Position numbers and translations under genes: made by a program. From NCBI GenBank assembly GCA_963653535.1, contig CAVJWU010000003.1:8160-72159 (forward strand): a stretch of 64,000 nt of DNA, written 5' to 3'. The stretch comes from Azospirillum sp. CAG:239. Lineage in GTDB: Bacteria > Bacillota_I > Bacilli_A > RFN20 > CAG-449. How positions within the stretch are numbered: the stretch's first letter is position 1; the number at the start of each line of letters is the position of its first letter. Under the pieces are notes generated by a model. It had not been told where the DNA came from, ran no database searches, and was given only the letters and a program-made list of their open reading frames with translations. Shown here piece after piece: positions 54,011 to 63,334 of this stretch.

Positions 54011-56275
54011 TTAAATATTAAAAATTGCCTTAACTTTATTCTTTAAAGAAGTATATTCTTCTTCTGAAAGGAAACTTCCTCCACTTACTGCAGTAGTTAA
54101 AGAACCTGCTCCTAGGTTATTATATTCTTTAAATTGAACGGTGCTTTCAGTTGGTTTAACTGAACTCATAATTTCAAAACGAGCATTCTTTTTATCAGTT
54201 GTATCGCCATAAGCTTTCTTTGAAATAGATGCGTCCATATTACATTCAACATAACTAATAGTTGAATATTTATCCCATGGACGAGCTAATGAAGTAGTAC
54301 CTTCGGTAACTAAAGCGTTACCTTCATTATCAACTTCACCTTTAATGTCACATTTTTCAAAGACAAAACCAAAGTTATTTCCGCTTAATGTTCCACCTGG
54401 TTTTGTAGTTGCAATATAACCATTATTAGTTTCGCTACCTCTATTTAAAGAAATAATGTCACAACTATTAAAATATGCATTAGCTTTTTCACCAAAGATA
54501 TAATCAGTCATACCTTGAATTAAACATTCTTTATACATTTGATTACCGAGTCGAGCATATAAAGTGTCTTGATATCCTAAGAATTTACACTTAACAAAAC
54601 TTGCATTATTATCACAAACTACAGCAACACCTTGTTTATTAGAATAAGTACAAGCATTATATTCATCCATTGAATTAAAATATGCATTCTTAAATGTTAC
54701 GTTACTCGCTGAAAAATTATCTCCATGAATTGTTAACGTTGCTGAACCATATGTTGAAAATTTAGTTCCTCGAGCATCAGTAGTATCATTAATTGCCTTA
54801 AATTCAATGATAGATTCACCAGTTGAAGATCCTTCAAATAAAACATTTTTAGATTGAACATAAATTTTTTCATTATAGGTTCCTTCAGCAATCTCAATAT
54901 GTTTAACTGATTCATCACTTAAAGAACTTGTTTTAATAAAATCTAACGCATTTTGAATACTTGAAAATCCCATCGCATCCTTAGAAGAAGAATTTTTAAC
55001 AATTTGGCCATCCGTATATGCCTTGTTAACTATAAAATAATAATGAGTATATAAAACATCAGTATCACTAGGAATAGTAGATGAATCGATAACTCTTACT
55101 TTATATGTGTATTGTAAATCATCTTTCTTAACGACAACTTCTTTTTCTCCGTTAGTAGATGTTGAAGGAACATCAATTGAAGTAGGAGTAACTACTTTTC
55201 TTGTTTTTGAACTTATTCCTGTAAGCGTTATCGCATCAGTAGAAATAGTATCATTTAGCTTATAAACTTTCGCTAATCTAGTTGCGTTTTTACTATCTGA
55301 ACTCATTACAAAATCGCTTACTTCAATCGAAGTGATCTTTGAAACATTAACCGCGATTTTTTGTGCTGCATATTCCTTATATTTAACGTCAACAGTATAA
55401 TTTCCTTCAGCATTAATATTTAATGTTGATTTATCGACGCTATAATCGGTAGATTTTAATTCAATTTTTGTGTCGTTATCAAATACTTTATAAACGTGTA
55501 AAGAAGATAAATCTAATTCTTCACCAATAAATAAATTTTTATCAACTAAATCACTATCGACTCTAAAAGAAACTTCTTTCCCTTCTTTAACATCTTCTTT
55601 TAATCCAGCATAATACAAGTTATAACCATTAGATCCTCCAATAGTATATGTGCCTTTATTTAGGGCTAAATCGACGCTGAATAAGGCAGAACTACCTCCA
55701 TTAGGCTTTGAATAAACTTCTTTTCCTTCACTATCTAAAATAGTTAAAGTTCTTTCGCTAGTTCCACTAGGAGCGATTTGAAGAAGTAATCTAGCGTTAT
55801 CTCCAGTTACCTTAACTTGTAAATATGTACCAATATTCTTTTGTTTTAAATTCTTTAATCGACCAGTAGAAGATACTTCAATTCCTTCTAGATTAAGAAC
55901 AGATTTTCCACTTCCAGAATCATAAGTTACACCATTACCAACAATTGAAAATGCTGAATTAATTTCGTAACTTGCCCCATTTAAGCTAGCAGAAGCTAAA
56001 TCACCTGCAACAAATTCAGATGTTCTAGAAACGACCTTATCTTCTGAAGAAGAACTAACGCTAGAAAAAGAACTAGAAGCGCTAATAGAACTTTGTGAAC
56101 TAATTACTTCATCACTACTAGAAGAAGGACTTTGTGAGCTACTTACTTCACTACTAGAAGAAGAACTTTGTGACGAACTTGAACTAGAAGTTTGCGAAGA
56201 ACTAGTCTTATTTCCGCAGGCAACAATACCTAATAAAAGTAATGTGAGAGAAAATACTTTTAAACCTTTTTTCAT
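54011..56275 (-). CDS. Lipoprotein with a C-terminal CE8 pectin methylesterase domain
   Basis: Lipobox LLLLGIVACGN followed by a Ser-rich linker. The CE8 motifs are intact: QGVAVV, GYQDTLY, TDYIFG and LARPW. The start was set at the ATG 56275 (MKKGLKVF). Confidence 0.8.
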   Translation of the reverse strand: MKKGLKVFSLTLLLLGIVACGNKTSSSQTSSSSSSQSSSSSSEVSSSQSPSSSSDEVISSQSSISASSSFSSVSSSSEDKVVSRTSEFVAGDLASASLNGASYEINSAFSIVGNGVTYDSGSGKSVLNLEGIEVSSTGRLKNLKQKNIGTYLQVKVTGDNARLLLQIAPSGTSERTLTILDSEGKEVYSKPNGGSSALFSVDLALNKGTYTIGGSNGYNLYYAGLKEDVKEGKEVSFRVDSDLVDKNLFIGEELDLSSLHVYKVFDNDTKIELKSTDYSVDKSTLNINAEGNYTVDVKYKEYAAQKIAVNVSKITSIEVSDFVMSSDSKNATRLAKVYKLNDTISTDAITLTGISSKTRKVVTPTSIDVPSTSTNGEKEVVVKKDDLQYTYKVRVIDSSTIPSDTDVLYTHYYFIVNKAYTDGQIVKNSSSKDAMGFSSIQNALDFIKTSSLSDESVKHIEIAEGTYNEKIYVQSKNVLFEGSSTGESIIEFKAINDTTDARGTKFSTYGSATLTIHGDNFSASNVTFKNAYFNSMDEYNACTYSNKQGVAVVCDNNASFVKCKFLGYQDTLYARLGNQMYKECLIQGMTDYIFGEKANAYFNSCDIISLNRGSETNNGYIATTKPGGTLSGNNFGFVFEKCDIKGEVDNEGNALVTEGTTSLARPWDKYSTISYVECNMDASISKKAYGDTTDKKNARFEIMSSVKPTESTVQFKEYNNLGAGSLTTAVSGGSFLSEEEYTSLKNKVKAIFNI

Positions 56276-56326
56276 AATATAAATTTTTCCTTTCAATAGA
56301 ATACATTATTTACTATAACAAAGGTA

Positions 56327-56340
56327 TGTAAGCGCTTGCA
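56327..56340. promoter_or_regulatory. cre (CcpA-type catabolite-responsive element) overlapping the pectinesterase promoter
   Basis: ATGTAAGCGCTTGCA fits WTGNAANCGNWNNCW at every specified position. On the minus strand it overlaps TTGCAA (-35), which is separated by 18 nt from TATAGT (-10). Confidence 0.5.
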
Positions 56341-56382
56341 AGAAAAAATAAATAAACTTGTATAAGCCTTAAAAAATATACG

Positions 56383-56443
56383 AAAAAAAAGGATGAATTG
56401 AACTTAATCTTGTTTTAACAAGATTAAATCCAATTTTCATCCC
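56383..56443 (-). terminator. Compound rho-independent terminator after engB
   Basis: Outer GGATGAA/TTCATCC stem and inner 11-bp TTAATCTTGTT/AACAAGATTAA stem. The minus strand continues with T8. Confidence 0.7.
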
Positions 56444-57010
56444 TTAGAGACGAGAAGCAATTTCTTTTCTTAAATTTTCAATTAGTTTAGAATCCATACT
56501 AGAAACAAAGATATATTCCATATGGCCTAATTGATTTTTCGCAATAGAAGAAATCTTAGCTTTTTCTTTTTGATTAAGTTTATCTACCTTCGTAAAAACA
56601 ATTAATGTTTTTACATTAAATGATTCTAAAAATTCATAAAAATCGAGATCTTCTTTAGATAATTCTCTTCTTGAATCAAGAAGCCATAAAACTAATTTTA
56701 AGCGTGAATTAGTTTTAAAATAACTATCCATCATCTCATCAAAACCATCTTTTTGACCTGTTTTACGATATCCATAACCCGGTGCATCGACTAAATATAA
56801 TTTCTTATCGACATTATAAAAATTTAATAATTTCGTTTGGCCTGGATTTTTCGAGACAAAAGCTAGATTTTTATGATCTGTTAAAGCATTAATTAAGCTA
56901 GATTTACCAACATTAGATCGACCGACAAAGATAATATGATCTAAATCATATAAAGAATCTTTATCGCTAGTTGCCGATTTAATAAATTTTGTATTTCGAA
57001 AATTAATCAT
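56444..57010 (-). CDS. engB: Ribosome biogenesis GTPase EngB/YsxC
   Basis: GRSNVGKSSLINAL, DAPGYG and TKVDK. It lies after lon, as in Bacillus. Confidence 0.9.
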   Translation of the reverse strand: MINFRNTKFIKSATSDKDSLYDLDHIIFVGRSNVGKSSLINALTDHKNLAFVSKNPGQTKLLNFYNVDKKLYLVDAPGYGYRKTGQKDGFDEMMDSYFKTNSRLKLVLWLLDSRRELSKEDLDFYEFLESFNVKTLIVFTKVDKLNQKEKAKISSIAKNQLGHMEYIFVSSMDSKLIENLRKEIASRL

Positions 57011-57014
57011 AAAT

Positions 57015-59342
57015 TTAGTCCGTTAATGCAATCTTTAAAGCATCATCAACACAGTTCATTGTGACAATTTTTAAAGAATCTTTTACTTCATTTGGTAATT
57101 CAGTTATATCACGTGAATTGCCTTTTGGAACAATAATAGTTTTAATTCCTGAACGTAAAGCCGCGAGAGATTTCTCTTTTAATCCTCCAATAGGAAGAGC
57201 TTGACCTCTTAAATTAACTTCGCCAGTCATCGCGACTAATGAAGAAACTTTTCTATTTGTTAAACAAGAAATAATACAAGTAGTTAAAGCAATACCAGCT
57301 GAAGGACCATCTTTTGGTACCGCACCTTCAGGAACATGAATATGAAGAGTATGTTTTTCAAAGAAAGTAGGATCAATTCCATATTTTTTTGCGTTGCTCT
57401 TAACATAGTCTAATGCAATAGATGCTGATTCTTTCATGACATTACCTAAGTTACCAGTTAAGACTAGTCCTGCATTACCTTCAAAATAATTTGCTTCAAT
57501 AGGTAAGATATCTCCACCAAATTCAGTATAAGCTAAGCCAGTAACAACTCCGACTTGGTTATTATTTTCTTTTTTAGAATATTCATATTTAATAACGCCT
57601 AAATATTCTTCAACTTTCTTAATATCAATCTTAACTTTACGTTTTCTTGGATGAGAAATAAGTTCAACTACTGCTTTTCTACAAATTGCTGAAATATCTC
57701 TTTCAAGTTCTCTAACACCAGCTTCTCTAGTATAGAAATTGATAATATATTTGATGGCTTCATCTTCAAATTCGATTTGACCTTCTTTAAGGCCATTAGC
57801 CAATCTTTCTTTTTCAATGAGATGAGTTTTTACAATATTGAGTTTTTCAAATTCTGTATAAGAATTTAATTCAATTAATTCTAATCTATCTCTTAAAGGT
57901 GCAGGAATGTTTTGTAAGTAATTCGCGGTACAAATGAATAAAACATTACTTAAATCATAGGTCTCTTCTAAGTAGTTATCTTGGAATACTGAATTTTGTT
58001 CAGGATCAAGAATTTCAAGTAACGCAGAAGCAGGATCTCCTTTATTTGAAGAAGCCATTTTATCGATTTCATCAAGTAAGAAAACTGGATTACACGTTCC
58101 ACTTGCTTTAATACCTTTAATAATCTTACCAGGCATTGCACCGACATAAGTTCTTCTATGGCCTCTTAATTCTGCTTCATCATATAATCCACCTAAACTT
58201 GCTTTAGTGAAATTTCTTCCTAAAGCGCGAGCGATTGATTTAGCTAAAGAAGTTTTACCAACTCCTGGAGGACCATATAAACAAATAATTGGAGCTTTTA
58301 AAGAATTAGTGACCTTTTTAACTGCGATATATTCGATGATTCTTTCTTTAACTTTTTCTAGTCCGTAATGATCTTCATCAAGAACTCTTTTTGCGTTATC
58401 TAAATCATCATTATCAACTGTTTTATTAGTCCAAGGCATATCAACAAGTAAATCTAAATAAGATTTTTCCATTGAATATTCTAAAGAAGCAGTAGGAAGT
58501 TGTTTAAATTTCTTTAACGATTTCTTAATTGCTTTTTTAATTCTTTCAGGATAAGCGTCCGAATCAATCTTTTTTAAGATTGCTTCTTCTTCACTTTCTT
58601 CATCTTCACCGATTACTTCGTTAAGTTCATCTTGAGTAGCTTTTAATTTTTCTCTTAAAATGTATTCTTTTTGTTGTTTTTCAGTCTTTTCTCTTACTCT
58701 TTCATTAATTTTTGTTTCAACATCATCAACTTGTTGAATTTCAGAAATTACTTCTTCAATTATTTGTAAACGAGAAATTAAATCATCGAGTTCAAGAATA
58801 TGTTGTTTTTCTTCAAGGGCAAATGGGAAGAAGAATGCAAGTTGATTACATAAATTTTCCGCGGTTATACCTTTTTGAAGACGATTAATAAGGGAAGGTG
58901 GTAATGAAGTCGCACCTAATGATTGAAGTTCATTAATAATACGATCAACATATTGTTTTTCTTCTTCTTGATTTTTGCTATAGATAGTTCCTAATGCATC
59001 AAAATCACATAAGTAAGGTTCTTCTTCTCCTTTAGAAAAATTAACATCTTTAATTTTTACTCTAGAAATAGATGATAATTTTACTTTGAAAAGACCTTTA
59101 GATTCTCTAACAGATAATACATTACATAAAGTACCAACTTCATAAATGTTATCTATCTTAACTTCTTCATCATTAGGATTTTTTTGGGAGACTAAAATAA
59201 TTTTTCCTTCGTTATCACTTAATGCTTTATTGACAGCATTTATGGAAAAAACTCGACCTACGTCAAGCGTGGTCGAGCATCCAGGATATAAAATAGCACC
59301 ACGAGTAATAAGTAAAGGAATTAACTCTTTTTCTTCTGGCAT
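57015..59342 (-). CDS. lon: ATP-dependent Lon protease
   Basis: LYGPPGVGKTSLAKSIA and FLLDEIDK. Protease-domain motifs DGPSAG and the catalytic-Lys region. Confidence 0.95.
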   Translation of the reverse strand: MPEEKELIPLLITRGAILYPGCSTTLDVGRVFSINAVNKALSDNEGKIILVSQKNPNDEEVKIDNIYEVGTLCNVLSVRESKGLFKVKLSSISRVKIKDVNFSKGEEEPYLCDFDALGTIYSKNQEEEKQYVDRIINELQSLGATSLPPSLINRLQKGITAENLCNQLAFFFPFALEEKQHILELDDLISRLQIIEEVISEIQQVDDVETKINERVREKTEKQQKEYILREKLKATQDELNEVIGEDEESEEEAILKKIDSDAYPERIKKAIKKSLKKFKQLPTASLEYSMEKSYLDLLVDMPWTNKTVDNDDLDNAKRVLDEDHYGLEKVKERIIEYIAVKKVTNSLKAPIICLYGPPGVGKTSLAKSIARALGRNFTKASLGGLYDEAELRGHRRTYVGAMPGKIIKGIKASGTCNPVFLLDEIDKMASSNKGDPASALLEILDPEQNSVFQDNYLEETYDLSNVLFICTANYLQNIPAPLRDRLELIELNSYTEFEKLNIVKTHLIEKERLANGLKEGQIEFEDEAIKYIINFYTREAGVRELERDISAICRKAVVELISHPRKRKVKIDIKKVEEYLGVIKYEYSKKENNNQVGVVTGLAYTEFGGDILPIEANYFEGNAGLVLTGNLGNVMKESASIALDYVKSNAKKYGIDPTFFEKHTLHIHVPEGAVPKDGPSAGIALTTCIISCLTNRKVSSLVAMTGEVNLRGQALPIGGLKEKSLAALRSGIKTIIVPKGNSRDITELPNEVKDSLKIVTMNCVDDALKIALTD

Positions 59343-59365
59343 ATTTACCTCCTATATAATTTTAA

Positions 59366-60799
59366 TTATTCAGCGTCTTTTTTAGTTGCTTTTTTTGTTG
59401 TTGAAGTCTTTTTTGTTGTAGTTTTCTTTGCTGCAGGTTTCTTTTCTTCACTAGAATCTTTCTTTGTTGTAGTTTTCTTAGTTGTAGTTTTCTTTGCTGC
59501 AGGTTTTTCTTCAGTTACTTCGCTAACTTTATTATTTTCATACATAAAGTCTGTGAATAATTTATTTCTTAATTGTTTTACAAGTCCGTCTTTATTTGAT
59601 TCTAAAGCACTCTTAACTTGAGCAACTTCCATGCCGTATAATTTAGCAATACGAGCATATTCTTCTTCTAATTTTGCTTCTGTAACTTGTAAATTTTCAT
59701 CAACGATAATCTTTTCAATGACTAACATTGATTTTAAATTCTTACTTGCTTCTTCTTTTCTACGAGCATCTAATTCTTCTTCTTTTAAGCCATTAATTGC
59801 AACATAATCAGCATAAGTTAAACCAGCTTCTTCAACTTGTTTCTTGATTTGATCAAGTTGAGCATTAGCTTCTTCTTCAATCATGCTTGAAGGGATTTTA
59901 ACTGTTGCGTTACTAACTGCTGTATTAACAATTTTTTCAAGTTGAGCATTTAAAGCTTCTTGATTCTTTTGAGCAGTTACTTGGTTTTTAGCGTATGCTT
60001 TTAATGATTTTTCGTCTTTAACAGATTCAATACCTAAATCTTCAAAGAATGTTTCATCTAATGATGGGATAACTTTTTCTTTAACATCTTGGCAAGTTAC
60101 TTCGAATGTTGCTTTCTTGCCCTTTAATGATTCGACATAATTTTCTGGGAAAGTAACTTCGATTGATCTCTTTTCATTAGCTTTAATGCCAACTAATTGA
60201 TCTTCGAATCCAGGGATAAATGAGTTAGAACCAAGTTCTAATTCATAACCGTTTGCAGAACCGCCGTCAAATTTTTCACCATCGACATAACCGACAAAGT
60301 CAATAATGACTGAATCATGAAGTTTTGCTGCACCTTCTTTAACTTGCATAATTGCGTGTTGTGCTTTTAAATTGTCAATATAAGCATTGACATCTTTTGC
60401 TGCAACTTTTACTTCATCACAAGCGATGTTTAAGCCTTTGTATTGACCTAATGTAATTTCAGGAACTAAATCAAAAACTACATCAAAATCTGCTTCAACT
60501 TCAGATAATTTATTTACATTGATTTTTGGTTGTGAATAAACATAGAATTTATTTTCTTGAATTGCTTCACCATATGCCTTATTTGCGAAATCAATAATAG
60601 CATCATTATAGATATTTGCCATATTGACTCTTGCTTTAATCATATTTGCAGGAGCTTTGCCAGGACGGAATCCTTTGATTACAACCTTGCTTGCTTCTTT
60701 GTTATATAATTTATTGCATAATTTTTTCCATTCATCGCCGTTAACAGTTACATTAACAACAACTTCAAGATTATCTTTTCTTTCGACCTTTTTTTCCAT
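59366..60799 (-). CDS. tig: Trigger factor with a Lys/Thr-rich C-terminal extension
   Basis: GFRPGKAP ribosome-binding motif and a central FKBP-type PPIase domain (GFEDQL). The last ~50 aa are KPAAKKTTTKK-type repeats. Confidence 0.9.
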   Translation of the reverse strand: MEKKVERKDNLEVVVNVTVNGDEWKKLCNKLYNKEASKVVIKGFRPGKAPANMIKARVNMANIYNDAIIDFANKAYGEAIQENKFYVYSQPKINVNKLSEVEADFDVVFDLVPEITLGQYKGLNIACDEVKVAAKDVNAYIDNLKAQHAIMQVKEGAAKLHDSVIIDFVGYVDGEKFDGGSANGYELELGSNSFIPGFEDQLVGIKANEKRSIEVTFPENYVESLKGKKATFEVTCQDVKEKVIPSLDETFFEDLGIESVKDEKSLKAYAKNQVTAQKNQEALNAQLEKIVNTAVSNATVKIPSSMIEEEANAQLDQIKKQVEEAGLTYADYVAINGLKEEELDARRKEEASKNLKSMLVIEKIIVDENLQVTEAKLEEEYARIAKLYGMEVAQVKSALESNKDGLVKQLRNKLFTDFMYENNKVSEVTEEKPAAKKTTTKKTTTKKDSSEEKKPAAKKTTTKKTSTTKKATKKDAE

Positions 60800-60835
60800 A
60801 TTGATATATAATCCTCCTAAAGCGTCAACGAAAAT

Positions 60836-60864
60836 ATTATATCGAAAAAATATTTCATTGACAA
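60836..60864 (-). promoter_or_regulatory. Promoter of the tig-lon-engB unit
   Basis: The minus strand reads TTGTCA, a 17-nt spacer, then TATAAT, followed by a leader and an AGGAGG RBS. Confidence 0.55.
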
Positions 60865-60913
60865 TAATATTATTTATAATATTAAAGAAATTAACTTCTA
60901 ATTAACTAAACAA

Positions 60914-60940
60914 GAAAAAAAGGAATAGTTTCCTACTCCT
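60914..60940 (-). terminator. Rho-independent terminator overlapping the stop of the GGDEF gene
   Basis: The minus strand reads GGAGTAG-GAAA-CTATTCC (one G-U pair) followed by TTTTTTTCTTG. Confidence 0.55.
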
Positions 60941-62090
60941 AAATAATATAATGATTTCCTTCATATGTTTTAGCAACATATAATTTTTTATCTGCATCTT
61001 GATACATTTCATCAAATGTTATGTCATTTTGTCCATTGTAATAAGATATTCCAATGGAAATTTTAATACGATAAGAATAATCGCTCGAAAGTCTAATGTC
61101 ATTAATGTCATTAAAAATGTTTTCCACCGCGCTTTTAGTTTCTTCTAAAGAATGAACATTTGGTGAAAACATCGCAAATTCATCTCCACCTAAACGCATA
61201 ACAACGCAGTTAGAATATAAATCTTCTTTAAATACTTCAGACACTTTAATAATTGCTTCATCACCGATAGAATGACCATACGTATCATTTATATGTTTAA
61301 ATTCATCAATATCAACAAGAGCAAAAGCTCCTGAAACATGATTTTTTAATAATTCTTCAATATTTTCTTCTCCTGCTCTTCTATTTAATAAAGTAGATAA
61401 GCCATCTATTTGACTAATTTTAGTTTCTTTCTTAAGAAAATAATTAATCGATTGATTTTGTAAGGCGAACATAAAGAATATCGCTGAATATACTAAAGAC
61501 AAAGTTAGTAAAGTATGAATCGAAGTTAAAATATCAATAAGAGCTGAAAGAATAATAAATAAACAAGCAAAAATTACTAAAGCAATATTAAAATCACAAT
61601 GAGAATTTGTATTGATATAGAGTAAATAGCCAAATTCAATAACATAGAAAAATAGTACTATATAAGATATAAAGAATAATGGTCCTCGACATAAATTATT
61701 CTCATTATCAAAGTAAAATACCCAATTAGTAAAATAAGAAAATTGTTCACTAATTACGAGTAAAACAAAAGGGATTACATCATATTTATTTAAAAAATCT
61801 TTAGTTGAAAGATTATTTCTAATTAATAACATGAAAGGAAAAATTAAACAAGGTCTAAGAATATAATTGAAGTTTAAGAAGAATATTCTCCAAGTCGACA
61901 CATAATTTAAAGAAGAAAAATAAACTTCTAAATTATTTAATGCAATTAAAATTGTTTCTAAAACTAACAAGGTAATAAAATAATTTTTAATTTTATTTGA
62001 TATAGCTTTAGAAGTAATTAAAATCATCACTTGGAAAATTAACGCCATTAATGGAGCGAAATTTTGTTGCATAAATTGATCAATAGTCAT
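60939..62090 (-). CDS. Membrane-bound diguanylate cyclase (multi-TM N-terminal domain plus GGDEF)
   Basis: About 6-7 TM helices, then DGLSTLLNRRAG, DIDEFKHINDTYGH, and RLGGDEFAMF. Confidence 0.85.
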   Translation of the reverse strand: MTIDQFMQQNFAPLMALIFQVMILITSKAISNKIKNYFITLLVLETILIALNNLEVYFSSLNYVSTWRIFFLNFNYILRPCLIFPFMLLIRNNLSTKDFLNKYDVIPFVLLVISEQFSYFTNWVFYFDNENNLCRGPLFFISYIVLFFYVIEFGYLLYINTNSHCDFNIALVIFACLFIILSALIDILTSIHTLLTLSLVYSAIFFMFALQNQSINYFLKKETKISQIDGLSTLLNRRAGEENIEELLKNHVSGAFALVDIDEFKHINDTYGHSIGDEAIIKVSEVFKEDLYSNCVVMRLGGDEFAMFSPNVHSLEETKSAVENIFNDINDIRLSSDYSYRIKISIGISYYNGQNDITFDEMYQDADKKLYVAKTYEGNHYII

Positions 62091-62104
62091 AAATTAAAAT
62101 CCTA

Positions 62105-63256
62105 TTAAGCTATATATGAATTGCCATCATATGTTTTTGCAACATATAATTTTTGATCTGCTTTACGATATAATTCATCAAAATTAGTGATGTAAGATCC
62201 ATCGTAAAAACAAATGCCAATCGAAGCATGAATATGATAAGTTGGATCCGCGGATAATCGCACATTATCTAATTCTAGTAACATCTTTTCAATGATGACA
62301 CTTATATCATCATAATTATGGAAGTTAGGTGTCCAGACTGCAAATTCATCGCCACCTAGTCTCATACCGATAGAATCTTTAGAAATAAAATCACTAATAA
62401 TTTCAGAAACTTTAATAATCGCTTCATCTCCAACGCTATGCCCATAACTATCATTAATATTTTTAAAAGCATCAATATCTACAATACAGAATGCTCCACT
62501 TTGTTTCATTTCGAGAATTTCGTTAATAACTTTTTCACCAGAAGAACGATTTAATAAACCTGATAAACCATCAATTCTACTTAATTTAGTAAGTTTATCA
62601 ACCATATTTGTAAGCGCGGTTGATTGTAAGGCAAACATATAAAATACAGTTGAATAAACTAAAGCATTAATACCTAATCCTTTAACATCCATAATAGATT
62701 CTAGAATCATGCTAAGAGAAATATAAAGAACTTCAATTAAAATTAATAAAAAATTAAATTTTGTTTTAAGAAAATTATACTTAATTATTAAATAGATTAA
62801 TTCAGCGACATAAAATAAAGTAACTATTTGAGAAGTGTATCCAAGTGGTCCACGAACAAAATGATTATCATTTGTAAAATAATAAACCCAATTAGTAAAA
62901 TATGAAAATTGATAAAGAATGATTACAAATGTAATAGGAATTAAATCAAAATATTGTAATTTATCTTTTTTTACTGTATTTATTCTAACTAATGCAATAA
63001 AAGGATAGACAAGCAACGGACGAATAATATAACCTGCATTTGATAAAACATATCTCCATATACTTAAATATTCTAGATTACCTAAGTAATCTTCAATATC
63101 ATAAGTAACAAGTTCTAAAATTTCTAAAACGACAATTGCAAGAAACATTTGCTTATCCTTTTTAGAAAAATGGGTAGTCGTACATAAAATGATAATTTGG
63201 AATATAATTCCGATAATAGGAGCAAAATTATATTCTAAAAAAGATTCGAAAGTCAT
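62105..63256 (-). CDS. Membrane-bound diguanylate cyclase, tandem paralog
   Basis: Same 383-aa architecture: DGLSGLLNRSSG, DIDAFKNINDSYGH and RLGGDEFAVW. It is 14 nt from the downstream paralog. Confidence 0.85.
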   Translation of the reverse strand: MTFESFLEYNFAPIIGIIFQIIILCTTTHFSKKDKQMFLAIVVLEILELVTYDIEDYLGNLEYLSIWRYVLSNAGYIIRPLLVYPFIALVRINTVKKDKLQYFDLIPITFVIILYQFSYFTNWVYYFTNDNHFVRGPLGYTSQIVTLFYVAELIYLIIKYNFLKTKFNFLLILIEVLYISLSMILESIMDVKGLGINALVYSTVFYMFALQSTALTNMVDKLTKLSRIDGLSGLLNRSSGEKVINEILEMKQSGAFCIVDIDAFKNINDSYGHSVGDEAIIKVSEIISDFISKDSIGMRLGGDEFAVWTPNFHNYDDISVIIEKMLLELDNVRLSADPTYHIHASIGICFYDGSYITNFDELYRKADQKLYVAKTYDGNSYIA

Positions 63257-63334
63257 AAAATAAACTCCTTATTTAATATTATTTTACAATTAAAGTGATA
63301 TCTTTTCAAGAAGGCTAAATATTAATTAACCCTT

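Noticed and set aside
1019-60905. About 30 short ORFs (60-113 aa) from the track that lie inside or antisense to long conserved genes. Examples: 1019-1231, 2163-2474, 3550-3759, 6074-6256, 7411-7687, 9119-9376, 9995-10210, 18773-18967, 19186-19368, 22017-22217, 24153-24414, 25541-25735, 25915-26130, 28499-28690, 30090-30272, 30918-31106, 34081-34272, 34597-34938, 36474-36768, 39406-40117, 43905-44123, 53660-53845, 54733-54918, 59146-59385 and 60624-60905.
   Set aside because: Each is nested in, or overlaps most of its length with, a gene that has clear family motifs. Their translations are low-complexity mirror images of AT-rich coding sequence (for example the Ser-rich 2163-2474 antisense to the acidic rpoD N-terminus). 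None has a convincing RBS.
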